Shown piece by piece: positions 43,777 to 62,252 of a stretch of DNA of 64,000 bases. Within the stretch, counting starts at the first letter, position 1. Each line of letters starts with the position of its first letter. The position numbers were made by a program, and so were the translations under genes. This DNA is from an uncultured Chloroflexia bacterium (GTDB lineage Bacteria > Chloroflexota > Limnocylindria > Limnocylindrales > CSP1-4): positions 160,001 through 224,000 of the forward strand of contig CAVVYR010000004.1 in NCBI GenBank assembly GCA_963752475.1, in the 5' to 3' direction. Below the pieces are notes generated by a model. It made no database searches. It saw only the letters and a program-made list of their open reading frames with translations, and had not been told where the DNA came from.

Positions 43777-44259
43777 ATGAACCCGTCACCCGTCGCGCAG
43801 CCCATCGAGCCCGAAACGCCGCCCGATCCGTCGACCGTCTCGCCGGTGTGGCGTGCGGTGCTGCTCGTCGTGGGCACCGCCAGCCTGGTGCTGGGCGTCA
43901 TCGGCATCGTCCTGCCTGTCCTGCCGACCACGCCGTTCCTGCTGGTCACGGCCGCCTGCTACGCCCGCGCCTCGACGCGGCTCTACACCTGGCTGCTCGG
44001 CCAGAGGTCCCTGGGGCCGATCATCGCCGAATGGCGGCGGTCGCGTTCGTTGCCGCCCGGTGTCAAGACGCGGGCGCTCGTGGTCGTGGCCATCACGTTC
44101 ACGGTCTCGGTCATCCTCGTCGACGCGCTCGTGGTACGACTGGTCCTGATCGCCATGGGCGCCATCCTGGCCACGTTCCTCTACCGCATCCCCACGGCGC
44201 AGAAGGAACCGGCGTCGGTCACCATGGGCGCCACGCCGCCACAGGAGGAGCCCCGTTGA
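43777..44259 (+). CDS. YbaN/DUF454 membrane protein
   Basis: GVIGIVLPVLPTTPFLL.AAC. Confidence 0.85.
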   Translation: MNPSPVAQPIEPETPPDPSTVSPVWRAVLLVVGTASLVLGVIGIVLPVLPTTPFLLVTAACYARASTRLYTWLLGQRSLGPIIAEWRRSRSLPPGVKTRALVVVAITFTVSVILVDALVVRLVLIAMGAILATFLYRIPTAQKEPASVTMGATPPQEEPR

Positions 44260-45401
44260 GCGAGCACCGCCGCCCAGTGCTCTTCGACACCCGACGCGAC
44301 CGTCAGCTGCGTGCTGCCGGCATCCGCGCCTGGGCCATCGTGGGCATCGTGGCCGTGGCCGTGGTGGCCTACACCGCCTTCTCGACGTTCAGCACGTTCA
44401 TCCTGCCGCTCATCGTCGCGGCCGTCCTCGGCATCATCTTCGAGCCGGTGGCCTCGCTCTTCGCGCGCTTCATGCCCCGCCAGGTGGCCTCGTTGCTGGT
44501 GCTTGTCGGCATCTTCGTGCTGGCCATCGTCATCGTCGCGGTCGTCGTCATCGCCATCGTCGACCAGGGCTCGGAGATCGTGGATCAGACGCAGGCCGCT
44601 ATCGACACGGGTCGCAACTGGCTTGCTGACCAAGGCATCACGGTCGTCGTCATCGACGACGTCCAGGCCCAGTTGTCCGACTTCGTGGACGAGGTCCTGC
44701 CCGGCCTACTGTCCTACGTGCCGGGTGCCTTCTCCGGCATCAGCAGCTTCCTCGTGGGCGCGTTCATCGCGCTCTTCATCCTGTACTACGTCATCGCTGA
44801 GTGGGAGACGCTGACCAGCTGGGTCGGTTCCAACCTGGGCGTCCCACAGGACCTCGGGGAAGGCATCGTCGAGGACGCCACGCGCTCGTTCCGGGACTAC
44901 TTCTACGTGCTCACCGTCGCCAGCCTCCCGGTCGCCGGCATGGTCTGGCTGGCGGCGGTGCTGATGAGCGTGCCCTTGGGCTTCACCATCGCCCTGGTCA
45001 CGTTCGTGACCTCGTACGTGCCCTACATCGGCGCGCTCATCTCGTCGGTCTTCGCCCTGCTCATCGCCTTCGGAGCCGGCGGCATCGTGCCCGCGCTCGT
45101 CATGCTCACCGTCATCCTCGTGGCCCAGAACGTGGTCCAGCCCATCGTCCAGCGCCAGATGGAGCGCAACGCGCTGGACCTGCACCCGATCGCCGGCTTC
45201 GGTTCGACCATCATCGGCTCCGTCCTCTTCGGCATCATCGGCGCCACGCTCTCGGCCCCGTTCGTAGCCATGGCCATGCGCGTGCGCGAGCGTGTGCAAG
45301 CCTTCGAGCGCGGCGAGGTCGAGATCCCGGTCACCGGCGGCGAGACGAGCGAGGCCGAGTCGGACGAAGCCGAGGCAGAGCCGGACGTCGAGGGCGCGTA
45401 G
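44256..45401 (+). CDS. AI-2E family transporter
   Basis: TTG start after AGGAG, YVPYIGA, QNVVQP, LHP. Confidence 0.85.
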   Translation: MSEHRRPVLFDTRRDRQLRAAGIRAWAIVGIVAVAVVAYTAFSTFSTFILPLIVAAVLGIIFEPVASLFARFMPRQVASLLVLVGIFVLAIVIVAVVVIAIVDQGSEIVDQTQAAIDTGRNWLADQGITVVVIDDVQAQLSDFVDEVLPGLLSYVPGAFSGISSFLVGAFIALFILYYVIAEWETLTSWVGSNLGVPQDLGEGIVEDATRSFRDYFYVLTVASLPVAGMVWLAAVLMSVPLGFTIALVTFVTSYVPYIGALISSVFALLIAFGAGGIVPALVMLTVILVAQNVVQPIVQRQMERNALDLHPIAGFGSTIIGSVLFGIIGATLSAPFVAMAMRVRERVQAFERGEVEIPVTGGETSEAESDEAEAEPDVEGA

Positions 45402-45465
45402 GCCTCCGCAGCCCGAGGGCGCGACCGCGTCGTGCTCCTGCACACGGTCGCCGAACACCGAGGCC

Positions 45466-46440
45466 CTAGAAGCCCATCTCCATCACCACCGCGTCATGGC
45501 CCTCGAAGGCCGAGATGCTCGATGAGGCCGGCACGATGGCGGTCGTGCCCTTCACGAGTTCCAGGTCACCCAGTCGGACCACGCCGCGGGTGACGTTGAG
45601 CACGACAGGGCCGGGCGTCCTGGCCACAGCGCTGGTCCCGCCGTCGACGCGGTGTTCGCGCATCCAGTAGTAGTCGGTCGCGACGAGATCGCGGACACCC
45701 GGCGTCTCGGTCGTGTCGAGCGAGAAGGCGGACGGCTGATCCAGGATGATCGAAGCCATCGACTCCGCGGCATGCAACTGGCGCGGCGCGCGGCCGTATT
45801 CGACGGCCCAGTCGTAGATGCGATAGGTGGTGTCGCTGGGGGTCTGGACCTCAGCTACGAAGGTGCCCGCGCCGAGTGCATGGATGCGACCGGCCGGCAC
45901 GTGGTGGAAGGCGCCAGGAACGGCCGGCTGCTCGCCGAGGAGCGACACGATGCCCGGGGTACCCATGACCGACTCGACATCGGCCATCGTCGTGCCGGCC
46001 ACGGTGTCGAGGTAGAGCACCGCGCCTGGGTCGGCGTCGACGATGTACCAGGACTCCGTCTTGAGACGCGCCTCAGGGTGTTGGGCCACGTAGTCCTCGT
46101 GCGGGTGGACCTGGACCGAGAGGTGCTCGCGGGCGTCAAGCAGCTTGAAGAGCAGCGGGAACCGGCCCTCCCTCGTCGGCACTACGGGGCCCAGGAGGTC
46201 TTCGGTCCGCTCAGCCACGACCGTGCGCAGCTTGGCTCCGGCATACGGTCCGTCGAGCACGCCACTGCTGGGGTCGTCGACGTGAGGCACGACCTCCTGC
46301 GGCAGGTCGCAGAGCTCCCAGCTCTCGCCGATGTTCACGCCCTCGGGCAGCGTCTTGCCGTAGGCCGTCAGCCTGGTGCCGCCCCACGGGCGCTCGACGA
46401 GGACGGGATCAAGGCGGAAGGGTGCGAGCTCGGTGGTCAT
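45466..46440 (-). CDS. manA: Type I mannose-6-phosphate isomerase
   Basis: PWGG, GESWE, FPLLFKLLDA, LSVQVHP, KTESWY, EVQTPSDTTYRIYDW. Confidence 0.85.
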   Translation of the reverse strand: MTTELAPFRLDPVLVERPWGGTRLTAYGKTLPEGVNIGESWELCDLPQEVVPHVDDPSSGVLDGPYAGAKLRTVVAERTEDLLGPVVPTREGRFPLLFKLLDAREHLSVQVHPHEDYVAQHPEARLKTESWYIVDADPGAVLYLDTVAGTTMADVESVMGTPGIVSLLGEQPAVPGAFHHVPAGRIHALGAGTFVAEVQTPSDTTYRIYDWAVEYGRAPRQLHAAESMASIILDQPSAFSLDTTETPGVRDLVATDYYWMREHRVDGGTSAVARTPGPVVLNVTRGVVRLGDLELVKGTTAIVPASSSISAFEGHDAVVMEMGF

Positions 46441-46528
46441 GGCGGAAGGGCGCGAGCTCGGTCATGGCCGGTCGCTCGAGTGCTGAGGCCGGCCAAGAGC
46501 CGCAGAGACCGTCCTAGCCGCTCCGGGG

Positions 46529-53043
<6,515 letters not shown>

Positions 53044-53336
53044 CAAACCCTTCCGATCGCTTCTCGGGTTCGCGTTCCAGAACTCAGTCTCACGTCGTTG
53101 ACATGACGGTCGCTCGCGGCGCGAGCGCGGGCGGGCCTAGGGTAGCGGCTTGCGGGATATCTGTGGTCCTGAGATGAATGGTCTGCTGCGGTACGGTTCG
53201 ATAGCACCAGATCGCACCTGGGGATACATATGGGCCACGTTTTCGGCAACGTTCGGGCGCGATGTGACCTGCGGCCCTTCACGCTAGTGGCGGTGGTGGT
53301 TTAGGGTGTGCGCTCCCGACCCACGAGGAGACCCCG

Positions 53337-54443
53337 ATGGCCGACCTGTCGACTACCTTCACCGGCATCCGCTTCCCGAACCCCTTCATGCTCGCCTCGG
53401 CGCCCCCGACCGAGTCCGAGTCGAACATCCGCCGCGCCTACGACGCCGGCTGGGGTGGCGTGGTCACCAAGACCATCGGCCTGCACCAGGTCACCAACGT
53501 GCGCGGCCCCAAGACGAAGTTCCTGCGTCTTGACCACAGCGGGCGATACAAGACGATGGCCAAGCTCGGCGACTCGGCGGTGATGGCGTCGTGGAACTGG
53601 GAGCTCATCAGCGACAAGCCGCTCGACTGGTGGATCGGCAAGCTCAGCGCCATCAAGCGCGACTATCCCGACCACGTGCTGGTGGCCTCGGTCATGGCCG
53701 GATCGGGCAGCGACGAGGAGATGCGCAGCTGGCAGACGCTGGTGCAAGGGGTGCAGGACGAGGGCGTCGACGCGGTCGAGCTGAACTACAGCTGCCCGCA
53801 CATGGATCGCGACGACATGGGCTCGGGGCTGGGTAAGGACGCGGCGCTCGTCTCGACCACGACCCAGGCGGTGAAGGAGGTCGCGAGGATCCCGGTGTGG
53901 GCCAAGCTCACCCCGGCCACGGCCGACATCGCGGAGGAGGCCGGAGCTACGTTCCGCGGCGGCGCCGACGCCATCACCTCGTCCAACACGTTCCCTTCGC
54001 TGCCGCCGATCGATCCCGAGACACTCGACTTCGAGATCAACGTCGACGGCTTCGTCTCACCGGGCGGGCTGGGTGGACCGGCCATCCTGATGCAGTCGCT
54101 GGCCAAGATGGCGCAGATGACGCAGGCCTATCCCGAAGGCGCGTTCTCCGGTGTCGGTGGGATCTCGACCTGGGCCGATGCCCTCTCCTTCTTCATGCTC
54201 GGCTGCGGCACGGTACAGGTCGCGACCGCGGCCATGCTGGACAAGGCCATCGGGCCGAACGTGGTGGCTGGACTCATCGAGGGCATGGACGCCTTCCTCG
54301 ACAAGCACGCCGATCGCGGCTGGTCCACGCTCGATGACTTCCGTGGCCTGCGCCGCGACGCGATCGTGGCCCAGTCACAGATCGCTCGTCCCGAGCAGCG
54401 GGGCCAGGACCCCGAAGACGCGCGCGAGGGCTACTCGGGGTAG
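53337..54443 (+). CDS. preA: Dihydropyrimidine dehydrogenase PreA-like FMN subunit (no C-terminal ferredoxin)
   Basis: NPFMLASAPPT, GWGGVVTKT, NWELISD, ELNYSCPH, WAKLTP, GVGGI, VQVAT. Confidence 0.8.
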   Translation: MADLSTTFTGIRFPNPFMLASAPPTESESNIRRAYDAGWGGVVTKTIGLHQVTNVRGPKTKFLRLDHSGRYKTMAKLGDSAVMASWNWELISDKPLDWWIGKLSAIKRDYPDHVLVASVMAGSGSDEEMRSWQTLVQGVQDEGVDAVELNYSCPHMDRDDMGSGLGKDAALVSTTTQAVKEVARIPVWAKLTPATADIAEEAGATFRGGADAITSSNTFPSLPPIDPETLDFEINVDGFVSPGGLGGPAILMQSLAKMAQMTQAYPEGAFSGVGGISTWADALSFFMLGCGTVQVATAAMLDKAIGPNVVAGLIEGMDAFLDKHADRGWSTLDDFRGLRRDAIVAQSQIARPEQRGQDPEDAREGYSG

Positions 54444-54682
54444 GCGAGCCACTCCGCGAGAGCGTCGGCGGGTAGCGCACCGGCCGCCACCAGGATGGCG
54501 GCGACCTGATACTGCAGTGAGGCGATTGACAGGATGAGTCCACTGTCTGATGCACGTGCCGTAGCGACAGTAGACGATGAGAGCACGGTCGAGTGCTCGT
54601 GCCCCAGCCCTGCGGCGCCTGGCGCTCGTTCGGCGCCGGACCCTCGTCGCCGTCGACCACGGCGTTGTGGAGGAGGTGCGTG

Positions 54683-55873
54683 GTGGCGAGGCATCAGCCT
54701 GGAGCACGTGTCGAAGCGATATGGTGACGTTGAGGCTGTCCAGGATTTGAGTCTGGATATCGCTGATGGCGAATTCATGGTCATCGTCGGGCCGTCAGGC
54801 TGCGGCAAGACGACTGCACTGCGGCTGATCGCCGGCCTCGAACAGCCGGACACCGGTAGATGTGCGCATCGATGGCCGGCTCGCGACCGCCATCCCACCG
54901 GCCGAGCGCAACGTGGCCATGGTCTTCGAGGACTTCGCGCTGTACCCCCACATGAAGGTGCGGGACAACCTGGCCTTCCCGCTACGCGCTGCGCAAGACC
55001 CCCGCGGAGGCCATCCGGCGTCGCGTCGCCGAGGTGGCCGACGCGACCGAGATCGCGCCCGTCCTTGCGCGCAAGCCAGGTGAGCTGGCCGCGGGCGAGG
55101 CGCAGCATGTGGCGGTCGGGCACGCGGTCGTGCGTGAAGTCACGCTCGGCGTTCCTGCTCGACGACGCCCTTTCTCACCTCGACGCCCACCAGCGGCTCG
55201 AGGCGAGGGCAGAGTTGGCGCGCCTGCACCGTGAGCTTGGAGCCGACCATCGTGGCCGTGACGCACGACCAGGCGGAGGCGATGGCGATGGGAACACGGG
55301 TGGCCGTCATGGCTGACGGGGGATTGCGTCAAGTGGCCACGCCACGCTGGCTCTACGAGCGTCCGGCCGACACCTTCGTGGCCGGCTTCATCGGCAATCC
55401 GCCGATGAACCTTCTCGAGATGAGCGTGGAACCCGACGACGGCCTCCGGTCGCGGCATGGTGCGTTGACATGGCCTCTACCGAAGACTGGGCTGCTGCGC
55501 AACCTCGCCGGCAGCGAGTCGGTGGTTGTCGGCTGCCGCCCTGAGCACATCCGTGTCGGGGCGACCGCGGGCCCGGACGAGGTCGGCTTCGAGGCCACGT
55601 GCGACCTCGTCGAGTACCTCGGCCATCGCCGCCTGGTCCACCTGCACGCCGCTGACCTGCTGACTCGTGGCCTCGATCGGAACAGCCGGCGACCTGACCG
55701 CTGGCGAGGTCGTCGAGTGTGCGGTGCCGGGGGCACGGCTGCACTTCTTCGATGACTCGACCGGGCTCGCCCTCGATCCGCGCTACGATCAGCGTGTCGA
55801 GCCCAGGTCGACGCCGGGTGCAGGCGCCTGGCTGCGGACGAGCCGAGGGAAGACCGGCGCGAGGGCGCGATAG
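54683..55873 (+). CDS. MalK-type sugar ABC ATP-binding protein, multiply frameshifted (ends approximate)
   Basis: [46 protein letters not shown]. Confidence 0.75.
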
Positions 55874-57253
55874 GTCTCGAGGTAGACGGTGTGGAGTTCG
55901 TCCGCGCGCTGTCGTTGTTCGCCGCGAGGCTCTACCGTGCTCGCGATCGATACGCGCTCCTCGGCGAGCGTCTGGCACATCCGGGCCGAGTCCGGCTGCG
56001 ACCATGCCCATGAGCGCCGCCCCGGTCACACCCGCGTCGAGGTCAGCGAGCACCTCCACCGGGCGGCCACTGATATCGGCCTTGACCTGGTTCCAGAGCT
56101 GACTCCGGGCACCGCCACCTGCGACTCGGAAACCTGCGACTCGGAGGCCGGCAGCGCGCTCGCAGCCCTCGAGCAACATGCGCACGGCGTGCGCCACGCC
56201 TTCGAGCGTCGCCAGCACCATATGGCCGGCTTCGGTCGCCGTGGTCAGGCCCAGGAAGACGCCTCGGGCGTCAGGGTTCCAGTAGGGCGCCCGCTCACCT
56301 GCCAGATGCGGCAGGAACACCAGCCGCTGCGGATCGCCAGCTGCTGCCTGGGCCAGGCTCAGCGCCTCCGGCACGGACAGGCCGACCAGCCGCGCGACCC
56401 ACTCGAGCGCTGAACCTCCAGCCTGCGTGGGTCCGGCATGGACGTGCATCCCGGCGACCGGAGGGAACGACACGACCCCAGGCTCCGCAGTCGCGCTTCC
56501 CGAGGCCACGCCCACGACCTCCGAGGTGCCCGCCAGGTCGAGGGCCCGACCCTCGCGCATCAGGCCGGCGCCGAAGAAACTGCCCCACGCATCCATGCTG
56601 CCGACGGCCACGGGCACGCCACTCGGCAGGCCCACGGCGTTGCCCGGCCGCGTGCGACCAAGCTGGCTGGTCATGCTCGCGGAGTGGCGGCAGGAGCTCA
56701 GCGGCGCCGTCGACCAGGCCGAGCACGTCTTCGAGGTAGCGCCCGTCGTCGCCGACCAGGCCGACCGCGCTCAGCGGGTCCGTGGCGATCTCTCCGGTCA
56801 ACTCGGCGAGGCAGTAATCCTTTGGCAGCAACAGCCAGCGTGTGGCCGCACGCACCTCCGGCTCATGTCGCTCCAGCCATGCGAGGCGCGAGAGGGAGAA
56901 CGAGGCGTCCTTGCCAAGCTCAGCCGAGGCTTCGGCGGCGCGCACGTCCTGCCAGGTGATGGCCGGTCGCAGTGGCTCCAGGTCGGCATCGACGAAGAGA
57001 TGGGTGTTGGCCTGCGAGCAGAGCCCGACCGAGCGCAGCTCGACGTCGCCCGCAGTAGCCTGCAGCTCTGACCAGCAGGCGGCCATGGCTGCGATCCAGT
57101 CGCGCGGGTCCTGCTCGACCCACCGGTGCGTGGCCGCTGGGTGGGGTACGGATGGGACACCGTCAGCATCGGTGCGTCGCTCTCGAGCCAGAGCAAGCCG
57201 GCCTTGACCGTTGACGTGCCGACATCGAAGCCGAGCGCCGCGGCGCGTGTCAT
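55789..57253 (-). CDS. FGGY carbohydrate kinase (xylulokinase-like), frameshifted
   Basis: GFDVGTSTVK, WVEQDP, ITWQDVR, LLPKDY, FLPHLAGERAP, GGGARS. Confidence 0.8.
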
Positions 57254-57342
57254 CGGCCCTGCCCCACCGGCGGGACATGAATCGACCGCCGTCGGGCCTC
57301 GGTGGGAGGCATGGACGGCGGCCGTGACCGACTCCGACGAAG

Positions 57343-58296
57343 TTACTGCGCGCTCTCCGCGGTGATGAGGACGCCAGGGACCAGCACATTCGGGTCCTCC
57401 GGGTCGGTGCCCGCGAAGTGGCCGTCGATGACATCGGCCAGGGTCGAGGTGATGCGTGCCCCAGTCCTGCTCCACGGTGGCGATCCAGTTGAGATCCTTG
57501 GCTACTTCGGCCTTGGCGAAGTCGGTGCCGTCGACGCCGGTCACGAGCACCTCGTCTCGCCCGATCTCCTGCGTGGCCTGGAAGGCGCCCCAGGAGGTGG
57601 CGTCCCAGCCACCTCAGACCGCGTCGAGCTCGCCCTCGGGGTACTTGACCGGGCGGTCGAGGACCGTGGCCTTGGCGAACCTGGTGGGATCCTCGGGGCT
57701 GCCCTCGATGTACTCGATGATCTCGATGCCGTTCTCCTCGAACAGCTCGCGAGCCGTGACGGCACGCAGCCGGACCGGCTCGAACGGGTCGAAGTGGATC
57801 ATGGCCACCTGGCCCTCGCCGCCGAGCGCATCGATGATGGCCTGGGCGGAGAGCGAGCCGAGATCGCCCGGATCGGTGGTGACGTTGGCCAGCATCGGCT
57901 CGAAGACGCCGCCGGCGTCAAGCCCGAAGACGGGGACCTCCGCCTCGCCCGCGGTCGCGAGGCCTTCGCCAAGCTCCCGAGAAGGCGAGCGGCCATGACG
58001 ACATCGAAGTCTGCGACGGCCGAGGCGATCTCGCCGTTGACCGCGGCATTGTCCCGGCCGTGTCGACGAGCTTGGTGTCGTAGCCGCGATCGCGTCGCCT
58101 CGGCGATGAAGAGGTCGACCGCCTGGGTCGTGGCGGGCTGGTTGGCATAGAACGGGGTGATGACGATGATCGACTTGCCGTCCTCGCGCTCATCCGTCCT
58201 GGGCCAGTGGCGGGACCGGCCAGCGCACCGGCGGCGAGGGCGAGGGTCGCGGCGGTCATGATGATGCTGGTGCGCAGGGAACCGATCGGTGTGCAT
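57343..58296 (-). CDS. Ribose-type sugar ABC substrate-binding protein, frameshifted
   Basis: AGGAG RBS and signal peptide; GEGQVAMI, VTGVDG, ATVEQD. Confidence 0.7.
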
Positions 58297-58364
58297 GGCG
58301 CGCTCCTCCTCTGGTGTGGGCCGTCGAGTGTGCCCTACTTCGAGCGTAGCCGGTACAGGCCGAC

Positions 58365-59360
58365 TCAGCGCTGCGGCCGAAGCCTGGGGATCGGCGGTGG
58401 CAGCACGGCCAGCACGATGACCAGCCCGCGAGATGGCCGACTGGATGGCGTCGGGGATGTCGGTGAAGTTCGAGACCGTTGTCGATGCACGCGCAGGAGG
58501 ATCACGCCCAGCACGGTGCCCGGCAGATTGGGCCGGCCGCCGCGGAACATGGCCATGCCCGATGAAGACGGCCGCGATCGACTGCAGCATCCAGCGGCTG
58601 GGTAGCCGCGGTGTTGGCGGCGTGAGCGTGCTGGCCGACTGCAGGATGCCGGCAGCGGCGGCTCCCACGCCCACAGAGCGCGAAGGCGATGAGCCGGATG
58701 CGCTTGACGTCGATGCCGCGAGTAGCGCGAGGCCTCGGCATTGCCCCGACCGCGTACATCCTGCGGCCCAGGGTCGTGCGGTCGAGCAGGAACCAGATGG
58801 CACCGGCGATGAGCAGCGCGATCCAGACCTTGTTGGAGAGGCCCAGGGTCGAGCTGCGGGCGACCTCCACGAAGCCCTCCTCGACGAGCCCGTAGACCGT
58901 GCGGCCCTCGACGCGGAAGCGCGCGAGGTTGGTGAAGACGACGGACATGCCCAGGGTGGCGATGAAGGCGAGGACACCGAGATAGGCCACGAGGACGCCG
59001 TTGAGCAGCCCACCGAGAGGCCGACCGCGAGGCCGATGCCGATGGCCAGAGGCACGAAGCCGGGGTCCTGCGCCTCACCGCCGAGGTCGTGGTCGGTGAT
59101 GAGCGCGGCCGTGAACGAGGTCGCCAGTGCGGCCAGCCCGCCGACCGAAAGATCGAAGTCACCGACGACCATGACGACGGTCTGAGCGGCGGCCACGATG
59201 ATCAGGAACGAGACGGTGTCGAGGATGTTGACCAGCAGGTTCTGCTGGGAGAGGAAGGTGCTCGGGTAGAGCGCCCGAAGAAGGCGATGAGCACGATGAG
59301 CACGAGCTGGGCCCACGAGCGGGCGCAGGCGCCGTATGGCAGCCAGACCGCGGCGGTCAT
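58365..59360 (-). CDS. Ribose-type sugar ABC permease, frameshifted
   Basis: [32 protein letters not shown]. Confidence 0.75.
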
Positions 59361-60875
59361 GACGGCCCTCCCGTAGCAGACGCGCAGCAGCTCTTCTTCG
59401 CTGGCCTCGCCGTCGGCTCGAAGCGGCCGGCGATGCGACCCTCGTGCAGCACCAGGATGCGGTCACACAGGCCGATGAGCTCGACCAGCTCGGAGCTGAC
59501 CACGAGGACGGCGGTGCCCTCGGCCGCGAGCCGACGGATGAGCGCGTAGATCTGGGTCTTGGTGGTCATGTCCACGCCGCGCGTGGGCTCGTCGAGCAGC
59601 AGCACCCGCGGACGCCAGCGCCAGGAAGCGGGCGAGCACGACCTTCTGCTGGTTGCCACCCGAGAGCGTGAGCACCTCCTGCTCGAGCGAGCGGGCACGC
59701 ACATCGAGCTGGTCCCACAGCTCGCTGCGCGTGCTCGTGCTCGCGACGTGCGGCGAGGCCACGAAGCGCGCGCGACGTGCATGCTGGTCGATGACGTGGC
59801 GTTGAGGTTGCGCTCGACGCTGTCGGGGATGCAACGCCTGCGAGCGACGCTCGGGCGGCACCAGCACCACGCCCTGAGCCTGAGCGTGGCCGACGCTGCT
59901 GGGCTCGTAGGCCGACCCATCGAGTGTGAGCTCGCCAGTCTGCGCGCCGAGATGCCCCGGCCAGCGAGGCGCAGCAGCTCGCTGCGACCCGATCCGGCCA
60001 GACCGGCGACGCCCAGCACCTCGCCCGCCCGCAGCTCGAAGGACGCATCACGGATGCGGCGACCCCCGAGCTCGCGCACGCCCAGGCGTACCTCGCCCGA
60101 CTCGTTCTCGCCACTGCAGGGAAGACGGCGTCGATGGGTCGGCCGGCCATGGCTGCGATGACGCCCTCGACGCTGGTGTCGCGCAAGCTCGCCTTCGTCG
60201 ACCTTCTGGCCGTTGCGCAGGACGGTGAAGCGGTCGGCGATGCCGAAGACCTCCTCGAGCCGGTGCGAGACGTAGACGATGCCGATGCCCTTGGCCCTTG
60301 AGCCGCTCGACTGGCTCGCGAAGAGCTGAGATGGTCTCGGCATCGGTGAGCGCGGCCGTGGGCTCGTCGAGGATGAGCAGCTTCGACTCTTGCGACAGGG
60401 CGCGCGCCAGCGCCGTCATCGTCTTGCCCACCGGGGAGAGCCGATCGGCATCTTGGGTCACGTCGATGTCCTGGCCGAGCGTCTCGAAGAGCTCACGCGC
60501 CCGATCGTTGAGCTGCACGCCAGCGGACGACGCCGAGGCGCGAGGGCGTGGGCCGCCCCAGGAGCACGTTCTCGGCCACCGACAACCCGCCGACGGTCGA
60601 GAGCTCCTGGAAGAGCGTGGCCACACCGATGTGCATCGCCGCCTGCGGAGAGCCGAAGCGGAGCGCCTGCGCCGTCGATCGCGACGGAACCCTCGTCCGG
60701 CGATGACCACGCCCGAGACGATCTTGATGAGCGTCGACTTGCCCGCGCCGTTCTCGCCCAGCAGCGCGTGGACCTCGCCGGGTGCGACCTCCAGGTCGAC
60801 CGCATCGAGCACCCGCGCGTCACCGTAGGTCTTGGAGAGGCCCCGGACGTCGAGGACGGGAGCGGGAGCGGTCCC
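59357..60875 (-). CDS. RbsA-type double-domain sugar ABC ATP-binding protein, frameshifted
   Basis: [44 protein letters not shown]. Confidence 0.8.
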
Positions 60876-62231
60876 CTAGTTCCCGAGGGCGCGCAGCGGT
60901 GGCGGCACGTGGCCGCCGCGATCGACGACGCCGACGTTGGCGCGGTCCCGCACATCGATCACCGGGGCTCGACCGAGCAAGCCGCCCCAGTCGACCCAAT
61001 CGCCCGGCACGGCTCCCGGTACCGGGATCAACCGCGCAGCCGTGGTCTTGCTGTTGATGATGCCGATGGCGGCCTCGTCGGCGATGATGGCCGCGATCGT
61101 GTCAGCCGAGGTCGCGCCGGGCAGCGCGATCATGTCGAGCCCGACCGAGCAGACCGCGGTCATGGCTTCGAGCTTCTCGAGCACGAGGTGTCCGTCCGCC
61201 GCGGCGGAGGCGAAGTTGGCGTCCTCGCTGACAGGGATGAAGGCCCCCGAGAGCCCGCCGGCACGCGAGGTGGCCATGGCGCCACCCTTCTTGACCGCGT
61301 CGTTGAGCATGGCCAGCGCGACCGTGGAACCGGGGAGCCCCACGCGCTCGACGCCGATGATCTCGAGGATCTCCGCCACCGAGTCACCGGGTGTCGAGGT
61401 CGGGGCCAGCGAGATGTCCACGACCCCGAAGGCCACGCCCAGCCGGCGCGAGACCTCGCGGCCCACGTGCTCGCCGACGCGCGTGATCTTGAAGACGGTG
61501 CGCTTGACCTCCTCGGCCAGCTCCTGCAGCGGGGCCCCGGGTGGCAGCCGGCGGAGCGCGTTGGCCACCACACCCGGCCCGGAGATGCCGACCGAGATGG
61601 CCGCGTCACCCTCCCCGAAGCCATGGAAGGCGCCGGCCATGAAGGGGTTGTCGGGCACCGCGTTGGCGAAGACGACGAGCTTGGCGCAGCCGATGGCCGA
61701 TGCATCCGCGGTGCGGGCAGCGGTGTCCTTGATGACCTCGCCCATGAAGGCGACCGCGTCCATGTTGATGCCGGCGCCGGTGGTGGCCACGTTGACCGAG
61801 CCACAGACACGCCTCGTCTCCGCCAGCGCGGCCGGCAATGCCGCCATGACCTCTTCGTCGATGCGCGAGGTGTTCTTCTCCACCATCGCGCTGAAGCCAC
61901 CGATGAAGTCGACCCCGACGGTGGTGGCCGCCTCGTCGAGCGCGCGGGCCAGGTCCAGCAGCAGCTCCTGGTCCGGCCGATCGGCGACCCAGGCGACGGG
62001 CGTGACCGAGATGCGGCGGTTGACGATGGGGATGCCCGTCTCGGACGCCAGAGTGTCGGTGATGGGGATGAGATCGCCGGCCGTATCGGTGATGTGGCGG
62101 ACGACATCCTCGGGCGTCCGGCAGCCCCGCAGGTTGATGCCGAGCGTCACGGTGCGGATGTCGAGATGGTCACGACCGACCATCCCCACCGACTCGAGGA
62201 TCTCATCCATGCCCAGGGGGCCACGGGCCAT
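60876..62231 (-). CDS. DUF711/UPF0210 (PFL/RNR-like fold) protein
   Basis: LDIRTVTLGINL, RRISVTP, GCAKLVVFANA..DNPFMAGAFHG, GGLSGAFIPVSED, CSVGLDM. Confidence 0.9.
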   Translation of the reverse strand: MARGPLGMDEILESVGMVGRDHLDIRTVTLGINLRGCRTPEDVVRHITDTAGDLIPITDTLASETGIPIVNRRISVTPVAWVADRPDQELLLDLARALDEAATTVGVDFIGGFSAMVEKNTSRIDEEVMAALPAALAETRRVCGSVNVATTGAGINMDAVAFMGEVIKDTAARTADASAIGCAKLVVFANAVPDNPFMAGAFHGFGEGDAAISVGISGPGVVANALRRLPPGAPLQELAEEVKRTVFKITRVGEHVGREVSRRLGVAFGVVDISLAPTSTPGDSVAEILEIIGVERVGLPGSTVALAMLNDAVKKGGAMATSRAGGLSGAFIPVSEDANFASAAADGHLVLEKLEAMTAVCSVGLDMIALPGATSADTIAAIIADEAAIGIINSKTTAARLIPVPGAVPGDWVDWGGLLGRAPVIDVRDRANVGVVDRGGHVPPPLRALGN

Positions 62232-62252
62232 CGCTGCTGCTCCTCTGCGCCG

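Noticed and set aside
53044-53336. Cyclic-dinucleotide riboswitch upstream of the surface-protein gene
   Set aside because: No convincing consensus match.
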